A program made the position numbers and the translations under genes. This document shows, in pieces, positions 26,001-31,301 of a DNA stretch of 31,301 bases; position 1 is the first letter of the stretch, and each line of letters starts with the position of its first letter. The stretch is from a virus (Duplodnaviria > Caudoviricetes). The notes under the pieces were generated by a model, which saw only the letters and a program-made list of their open reading frames with translations, had not been told where the DNA came from and ran no database searches. The stretch is from positions 1-31,301 of the IMG/VR virus record IMGVR_UViG_3300001355_000035; one strand, written 5' to 3'.

Positions 26001-28471
26001 TTCCGTCTAATCGTCAGTATGGCGCTTTCGGTAGAAAGTCTTTAGTAGAGCGCGAAAGATATAATTCCGAGCGCGAAAAACGTCCAAGTAGATTAAGAAC
26101 CGGACGATCTGTTAGAAGGTTAATTAGCACAGATACCTTTAGAGAAAGAGTTGGAAACAGAGTAATCGATTTAGCATTAATCCCTTGGGTCCGTTCTCGT
26201 TTAATATATTTTAAAGCGATGGGTTTAAAACCTAATACAAAACATGTTCCATATTTTGACGGAATATCCGTTTCTAATTTTTGTAGAGACGAAGGTTCTG
26301 GCGGATTTGTGCGTTGGTCTAAAAACAAAACCGAATACGGCAACAAGTATGACAATTTAAATTCTCGACCGAGCGACCTAGGAGCAAGTAGTGACTTAGT
26401 TTCTGATGCTCAAGGCGTTATAGAAGGATCTTTTTGGATACCGAGCGTTAGACCTACCATACGAATTCCAACGCTCGGCGCTGTCTCGAGAGAAATTAAT
26501 GCGGGCACAAGATTTAGAGCAGGAACTAGAGAATTTAAACTTATTGACGCGTCTGCGCAAGATATTAGGAATGCCGATAGTAAAGCGGTTGCATACTATA
26601 CCATAAAAGGCGCGCTTCCGATTAAAGTTCAAAGCGTCATTTCTACTCGATTCGGCGAGTTCAGTTTCAACGTTCCTAATGCTTCATTGAATGTCTATAA
26701 TCCTTATGAAATCAGAGACGAATTGAATAATATTCCGTCAGACAATATTAGGGTTGAAGAACCGCATTTATCGGGTCAATGGGGCGCAGAAACTACAGCA
26801 ATCGTTCCTGCTTCAGTATCTAATTTGTCAACTATTGTTAGTGATTATATTAACGTAAACCAACTTTTGTATGGCGGAACGACTAATCTTCCAACTGTAG
26901 GTCCTCAAAAACCTTTGGCGCAAAGTTTTTACGTCGATAATCCTTTTGGTGCAACTATGGTTGACGTTAAATTGTCGTTCAAGAGTAAGGATACTGTTTT
27001 ACCCGTCTCTATTCAAATACGACCAGTAATAAACGGCAAACCATCGGAAACTCATATTGTTCCTGGTTCGTGTGTATTTAAACTTCCGGCAGAAATTACT
27101 ACTTCATCTGATGCTTCTTCTGAAACATCTTTTGTCTTTGAAGAACCTGTTGTCTTGAATGCTTGGACGCAATATGCCATCGTTGTTATGACGCAATCCA
27201 CTGAATATGATCTCTGGACTGCTAAGACTAGAGATTTTGTAGTAAACGGTAGCAATAACAGAATAGTTTATTCTAGAGGCACGCTAGGTAGTATGTTTTT
27301 GCCGCAAAACGGTAGGTTATATAAAGGCGAAAGAGATCAGGATCTTAAATTTACAATTACTCGCGCAAAGTTTACTCCAAAAAATGCCACGGGAACTTCG
27401 TCAACATCAAGAATTGGCGGAGCAAATGGTAGCGTAATTCTTAGGAACGCTAATGTTCCAAGAAAACTCCTAGAGTTGAATCCATTTAGAACTTCAAATG
27501 GATCTAGCGAAGTTTATGTTAAACATCCTTGTCATGGATTCCATCCTGGCGATTCTTGCCATATTACTGGCGCTAACGGTACAATTGGTGGGTTAACGGT
27601 AAATGGTGCGCAAGTTGTCTATAGAATAGATGGAGAAGGGTTTACATTTAAACCAGGCGGTAATGCTTCGACCGATGCAATAGGCGGCGGCGAAAATGTT
27701 TTATCTGACAGAAATATTCAGTATAATATTATTATGCCTTACATAGAACAACTTGTGCCCAATCACACATCAACAGATGTTTCCGCAAAATATACTACTG
27801 GTGCATTAATTTCTGAAACTACTGCCGGTAAGTATAGTACTCAGGTGTCTACAGCATCAAATAAATACAGTAGAGTTACTCCTGGATCTAACGTTTCTTT
27901 TGGAGATCGTCCTAGAGTTATCGCGAATCCTGGCATTGAAGCAACTTTCGATGGCGGAAGCGGAGCAAGTTCAGCATTAGTTAAAATAGATTTAAAAAGC
28001 GGCAACGATTATGTTTCGCCGATTGTCGACCTTCAAAGGTGTTCTTTGATTTTGGTAGAGAACTGCATTGAAGATTCCGATGGAAGAGCGTTTATACCTG
28101 TTCCTGAAACTTCGCCTAATTCAGGAGCAAACGGTTCTAGGCATATTACTACGCCAATAACTGTCGCAACCGAATCAGTTGGTTTTGTATTAGAGCATTT
28201 ATATTCTACTCCTTCTGGAACGGACTACGATTTTTATTATAGAACCGCGCAGTCTGGTGAGAATATATACAATAAATCCTGGAGATATTTAAATCCTACT
28301 AATCCACAAGTTAAAGGTGATCGATATCAAGAAGCGCATTTTCTTGGCGGAGGAGTAGCAGGAAACTTAAATAGATTTAGTCAGGTGCAAGGTAAGTTTG
28401 TCATGCACTCAAGCAATAGTTCTTTTACACCTAAGATATCTAATTTTAAATGGAAATTCCTAGCGATTTGA
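23087..28471 (+). CDS. Large virion structural protein, VrlC-like (DUF4815-type), 1794 aa
   Basis: Y.DD....YHRILF..GRALQARELTQ.QTI.Q, PGADR, LA.RTYEESGNY, YYLPR.DK, YTM.DI..IE, PLAQSF, DLKF, SPIVD. Confidence 0.9.
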   Translation: MTTNRNATTFSSTYKDDWDKDDHYHRILFNNGRALQARELTQMQTIIQEEMASFGRNIFKEGSAISGGVPSINAQYRFITLSGSPNLSTVQVGMIYTNGVQKARVLEVDDTNDKIYLGYVDNGGSAVSSFTQFINLDAISDEGGVGPNLTVSGNGTAVKFSIEEGQFFVSGHFVHSSSQSLILNSSSPVANKTVGFKVEENIVTVNDDTDLYDNAGDTVNSSSPGADRYQILLTLTTEDQIAADESFVFIAKVENSTITEVVDLNDSYNQIEDMLAQRTYEESGNYVIKPFTVNFEEFNDQSASDMTLMVSDGIAYVNGYRSEQQSPTKLIVPKPQETETVSEEGIGVSYGNYFIIDGITAMGAGSGNLFGSTAGNRKHYKFSLSGPTGTCHLRFLEYRQGKIRAYVYGLKITSGNIADTTALVNSSLGVTLSVEQNSVGVTTLYESGNNNAFELLPRVRPATIGSPDTTIIRSLSTGSLGSTTYNLPAVADGSYVNPDNWIVYNSTDNADETSTANINITSNTISNLTSGKDYTIIFMVESTSNSNQERGKGLSTTTITTSLINDANGTKYLPLGQYDIYSMDSVRFTDATGSVATPYFRLDNGQRDNYYAKGKLILDSDINWNGTVYANFKYFNRTLSANDRYYSVNSYPASIGYSGIPNHKLADGTILPLRNVLDYRPDFDEDQDSVISNTIFSFPKNGTNVTADVDYYLPRADKILITQEGDVQVLMGQQAQDPQFKKTPDNSLELYKVIFNGNTIDENDLQVTPIEHKHYTMGDIAKIEEKLDRLADYTEFSLLELETKMNAELDSAGDERAESGILVDDAQDQKLSDVGSPDYCSSVDPDSKLFRPCFDEDNVRLIFDGANNPTANNVTRKGDLVMLNFDSDTWISQPLASRSVNVNPTGKVDNIGCLVLSPSSDEWKNSKYDASYALPGASRIDVKQARLWNNWQWNWSGRVIENEHEDVGDDFIPSNRQYGAFGRKSLVERERYNSEREKRPSRLRTGRSVRRLISTDTFRERVGNRVIDLALIPWVRSRLIYFKAMGLKPNTKHVPYFDGISVSNFCRDEGSGGFVRWSKNKTEYGNKYDNLNSRPSDLGASSDLVSDAQGVIEGSFWIPSVRPTIRIPTLGAVSREINAGTRFRAGTREFKLIDASAQDIRNADSKAVAYYTIKGALPIKVQSVISTRFGEFSFNVPNASLNVYNPYEIRDELNNIPSDNIRVEEPHLSGQWGAETTAIVPASVSNLSTIVSDYINVNQLLYGGTTNLPTVGPQKPLAQSFYVDNPFGATMVDVKLSFKSKDTVLPVSIQIRPVINGKPSETHIVPGSCVFKLPAEITTSSDASSETSFVFEEPVVLNAWTQYAIVVMTQSTEYDLWTAKTRDFVVNGSNNRIVYSRGTLGSMFLPQNGRLYKGERDQDLKFTITRAKFTPKNATGTSSTSRIGGANGSVILRNANVPRKLLELNPFRTSNGSSEVYVKHPCHGFHPGDSCHITGANGTIGGLTVNGAQVVYRIDGEGFTFKPGGNASTDAIGGGENVLSDRNIQYNIIMPYIEQLVPNHTSTDVSAKYTTGALISETTAGKYSTQVSTASNKYSRVTPGSNVSFGDRPRVIANPGIEATFDGGSGASSALVKIDLKSGNDYVSPIVDLQRCSLILVENCIEDSDGRAFIPVPETSPNSGANGSRHITTPITVATESVGFVLEHLYSTPSGTDYDFYYRTAQSGENIYNKSWRYLNPTNPQVKGDRYQEAHFLGGGVAGNLNRFSQVQGKFVMHSSNSSFTPKISNFKWKFLAI

Positions 28472-28662
28472 TACCCGTAAAAGGGCATCCTGGTTGGAAA
28501 CGAGATAGCAGTGGCGTTATTCATAACATGAATACCACTGCTATACAACGCGCGCAGGAGAAAAAAGAGCAACGTAAGATAGAGAAAGAAAGATTGAATA
28601 ATTTAGAGAATGATGTTAAAGAAATTAAAGATATGATGAAATTAATTATGGAGAAACTATGA
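28450..28662 (+). CDS. Small coiled-coil protein of the type that follows VrlC-like genes
   Basis: V.GH....RD..G.I.N and RLNNLENDVKEIKDMM pattern; overlaps the VrlC stop. Confidence 0.75.
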   Translation: MEIPSDLIPVKGHPGWKRDSSGVIHNMNTTAIQRAQEKKEQRKIEKERLNNLENDVKEIKDMMKLIMEKL

Positions 28663-29429
28663 CATCTTATATTTTTGGTCGACAAAATGAATACCGAATT
28701 CGTTCATGCAGAGATTCAGATTTCTCACAAATAGCAAGTTCTATAGAACCTGCAAGCAGTAACACTAGAGCAGGGCGAATGCACCGAGCTATGTATGATA
28801 GTGACGGTTCCGGAAATTTTATAAACGGAGAATATCAAGTCCTCACTGCACAGGATATGTTTCATAAAAGTTTGATAGGAAACGATACTTATAAAGAGCG
28901 TCTATTAGTCATAACAGACTCTGACGAATCAGAAAGTATATTTTGGGCGTTTTTTGCTTTTTCTAAAAGCAATCCATCTTCTGATTTTTATAGAGGTAAA
29001 CGAATGGGGTGGGGGATACCCCCAAAATTTAGAGGGAATCCTGTTCATCGAACAGGGAAACGCATATGGGATATAGTGTCTATAGATTTTCAGATAGCTA
29101 TTAAAAAGCCAGATTTTTTATATCCTATGAACGAGTTATGGGGTAATAACAATTTAGATCCAATTACTGTCAAAAATAACTGGAGAATAAGACCGAGATC
29201 TGCTGTAAACCGAAACGGGGTTGGTGTTTTTAGTCAAATAAAATTGCGCGAAGAAATGCAAAGAGTTGGATCAGAAAATTTTAAAAATGACAAAACGAAA
29301 TTTATAAGCGGATCTTCGCGACCGACCGACCCCATGTATTCTTACGATAGTGCGCAAAATTTTGGATTTCTTAATTATCTGCCTTATGTTTGGGATAGTT
29401 ATGATTCTGCAGAGGCAGAATACCTATAA
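28659..29429 (+). CDS. Hypothetical protein (weak GNAT-like hints)
   Basis: 256-aa ORF with ATGA coupling; YRIR....SD and GIPPKFRGN segments. Confidence 0.65.
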   Translation: MTSYIFGRQNEYRIRSCRDSDFSQIASSIEPASSNTRAGRMHRAMYDSDGSGNFINGEYQVLTAQDMFHKSLIGNDTYKERLLVITDSDESESIFWAFFAFSKSNPSSDFYRGKRMGWGIPPKFRGNPVHRTGKRIWDIVSIDFQIAIKKPDFLYPMNELWGNNNLDPITVKNNWRIRPRSAVNRNGVGVFSQIKLREEMQRVGSENFKNDKTKFISGSSRPTDPMYSYDSAQNFGFLNYLPYVWDSYDSAEAEYL

Positions 29430-29432
29430 ATA
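29425..29432 (+). promoter_or_regulatory. T4 late promoter overlapping a stop codon
   Basis: TATAAATA containing the TAA at 29427-29429, about 30 nt upstream of ATG 29462. Confidence 0.82.
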
Positions 29433-29461
29433 GAAGAGTACATTCTCTCGATTTATAATAA

Positions 29462-31301
29462 ATGACATCTAGCGTTTTAAAACAATTTGGATCAGGCGCA
29501 CTTAAAGAATTATCTTTAAATGAAGAAGATTATCTTGCGTATCGCTGCGGTGTTCGTTTAGGACAAACAACCACTTCTGATCCTGCAGCGTTAAACCTTT
29601 CTGCTGGCACCAATGTAGGCGGATTCACCAATACCGTCAATACAACTTCTGTTGGTAGTGCTGTTACAGCAACTACTTACGATACTGGAAGATTAACTAG
29701 CAATTATAGTAATAGTTTCGGTACCCCCGGATCACACACTATTAATCTATTACCCAACGGGATTGTTGGCGATCCGTATACCTTGCCATCTTCCGCCAAT
29801 GTTGGCGATATATTAGACATAACAGTTGAGTCTAATTTATTTTTCAGCGGAGGGACTTCTGCAGAATTGATTCAACTCGAGGTTACGTTTGCTCTAGATG
29901 GCGTCTCTGGTTCTGGTGCTTTTGTAACTTCTTCTAGCATTACTCTGGGTTCTGGAACTATTAGCGATAACAATCAAGTGCTTACGTTTAGTAATGAAAG
30001 CACTAATAATTCTAATATTGGAGGTGATTTTTCGGTTCTAATTACCGATGCAGGAACTTTAACAGTAAATGTAACAGCCACTGCTGTTGACAACCAAGCT
30101 TCACCTGTTACTGTGTCAGATGTAGAGACAGGAAATATAACCGTATCCGGAATTACATCAGGTCCGATAAATAGTACGAATACCACATTATACCAAAGAA
30201 CTGGAACGCCGACTCAAAGAGGCGAAACCGCTTGGAGAGGGTTTTTAACTTGGGATAGAAGTTTAAATGCAACAAAAGAAATGTCAGACGCACAATCTGA
30301 CGTTTTAGTAAAAAGGTTGTTAAAAACGATTCATCATAATGAATATCCTGGCGTTTATCGACTATCTTCTTCTACTCCAGGATCAGATTGGTCTGTATTT
30401 TTAGCAAACTGTTTCGTGGATACTAGGGTAGACGGCACTTCTACAAATTATTCTATCTGGATAAGAAATTCTGGTGTTATTCCTACTAAAGTTAATCCAA
30501 TGGTTGTTGAAAGAGACGGTCTTAATAACAATAAAGGAAAATTTTTAAGCCTCCGAGCAGCAAACGATGACATAATGTCAGTAACTTTGGGACAAAGAGC
30601 AAAACAAGTTATACAAGATAGCGGCATTGGAACTTATCAACTAAGGTCTTCTGTGCAAGGATCTCCTACAGATTCTGGCGTTTGGGTTCCTCGTGGCATT
30701 GCCATAGATACCAGAAACGAAGAAGAATATTATGATGAACAAGAATTCTATACTGCTTCTTATACTGGCGTTTATACTGGCGCTTATACAGGTCCAGTAT
30801 TTACTAGCACATCTTCAGAAGCGTTTATTAGCACATCTTCAGAAGCGTTCACTAGTACATCATCGTTCGAATATGTAGGGCAACCATTTACTAGTACATC
30901 TTCAGAAGAGTTCACCAGTACATCTTCAGAAGCGTTCACCAGTACTAGTTCATTCTCATATGCAGGGCAACCATTTACTAGTACATCTTCAGAAGCGTTT
31001 ATTAGCACATCTTCAGAAGCGTTCATCAGTACTAGTTCGTTCGAATATGTAGGACAACCATTTACTAGTACATCTTCAGAAGAGTTTATTAGCACATCTT
31101 CAGAAGCGTTCACCAGTACATCATCGTTCGAATATGCAGGTCCAGTATTTACTAGCACATCTTCAGAAGCGTTTATTAGCACATCTTCAGAAGCGTTTAT
31201 TAGCACTAGTTCGTTCGAATATGTAGGACAACCATTTACTAGTACATCTTCAGAAGCGTTTATTAGCACATCTTCAGAAGCGTTTATTAGCACTAGTTCG
31301 T
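29462..31301 (+). CDS. Large Ser/Thr-rich putative virion fibre/decoration protein, at least 613 aa, runs off the window end
   Basis: Translated by hand (MTSSVLKQFGSGALKELSLNEEDYLAYR...). No stop in frame, which is why the track lacks it. Preceded by a late promoter. Confidence 0.85.
   Translation, partial: MTSSVLKQFGSGALKELSLNEEDYLAYRCGVRLGQTTTSDPAALNLSAGTNVGGFTNTVNTTSVGSAVTATTYDTGRLTSNYSNSFGTPGSHTINLLPNGIVGDPYTLPSSANVGDILDITVESNLFFSGGTSAELIQLEVTFALDGVSGSGAFVTSSSITLGSGTISDNNQVLTFSNESTNNSNIGGDFSVLITDAGTLTVNVTATAVDNQASPVTVSDVETGNITVSGITSGPINSTNTTLYQRTGTPTQRGETAWRGFLTWDRSLNATKEMSDAQSDVLVKRLLKTIHHNEYPGVYRLSSSTPGSDWSVFLANCFVDTRVDGTSTNYSIWIRNSGVIPTKVNPMVVERDGLNNNKGKFLSLRAANDDIMSVTLGQRAKQVIQDSGIGTYQLRSSVQGSPTDSGVWVPRGIAIDTRNEEEYYDEQEFYTASYTGVYTGAYTGPVFTSTSSEAFISTSSEAFTSTSSFEYVGQPFTSTSSEEFTSTSSEAFTSTSSFSYAGQPFTSTSSEAFISTSSEAFISTSSFEYVGQPFTSTSSEEFISTSSEAFTSTSSFEYAGPVFTSTSSEAFISTSSEAFISTSSFEYVGQPFTSTSSEAFISTSSEAFISTSS
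30749..31301 (+). repeat. Coding tandem repeats: four YT-x-x tetrapeptides (30749-30799), then 87-nt units encoding FTSTSSEA-FISTSSEA-FTSTSSFE-YVGQP
   Basis: Units start at 30800, 30887, 30974, 31061, 31148 and 31235 (partial). Each is three 24-nt subunits plus a 15-nt linker. Confidence 0.95.

Noticed and set aside
143-28572. Numerous 60-140 aa ORFs antisense to or out of frame within assigned genes (e.g. 1312..1680, 6386..6796, 15345..15758, 17424..17645, 26014..26355)
   Set aside because: They overlap well-supported genes almost entirely and show no recognisable motifs or expression signals.
29974-30186. 70-aa minus-strand ORF
   Set aside because: Antisense shadow inside the long plus-strand gene that the track missed.
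30784-31293. 169-aa minus-strand ORF (MLINASEDV repeats)
   Set aside because: Antisense shadow of the coding repeat. The plus frame is open from 29462 behind a late promoter.
30800-31301. Repeat array as a CRISPR array or DGR template/variable repeat
   Set aside because: The units are contiguous, all multiples of 3 nt, in frame and without unique spacers. Variation is not adenine-specific, and no cas or reverse transcriptase gene is in the window.
1-31301. tRNA, rRNA, introns or inteins
   Set aside because: Intergenic gaps are all about 100 nt or less with no cloverleaf seen. The conserved genes (thyX, gp32, gp6) show no interruptions or intein motifs.

Overview
A 31.3-kb segment of a T4-like myovirus genome. 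ThyX, a zinc-less gp32, a VrlC-type protein and the gp26/gp51/gp54/gp2/gp4 // gp48/gp53/gp5/gp25/gp6/gp8 synteny suggest an aquatic, cyanophage-like rather than enteric T-even lineage; the host cannot be determined from this window. Bases 1-5961 (+) carry metabolic and replication genes: thyX, a DenV-like glycosylase, an FkbM methyltransferase, a UDP-glucose dehydrogenase-like gene, gp33, a 2OG-Fe(II)-like protein, gp32 and an RHH regulator. Bases 5984-11198 (-) carry a putative tape measure, gp51-like, gp26, gp54-like, gp2 and gp4, with a radical SAM/SPASM gene and a small peptide ORF inserted between gp4 and gp2. Bases 11245-31301 (+) carry the baseplate, spike and fibre genes, punctuated by TATAAATA late promoters. 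The most striking observations are: (1) a T-TTT-TTT slippery site at the end of gp26 that joins it in the -1 frame to the SD-less gp51-like ORF directly upstream of the putative tape measure, a lambda G/GT-type arrangement; (2) a gp5 spike locus split over several genes and carrying three peptidoglycan-hydrolase folds, two of which look catalytically degenerate; (3) a radical SAM plus peptide cassette inside the head-completion operon; (4) a long ORF missing from the supplied track, built of three modules with a hierarchical Ser/Thr repeat. All product calls come from motif recognition and synteny by eye; no searches were run.
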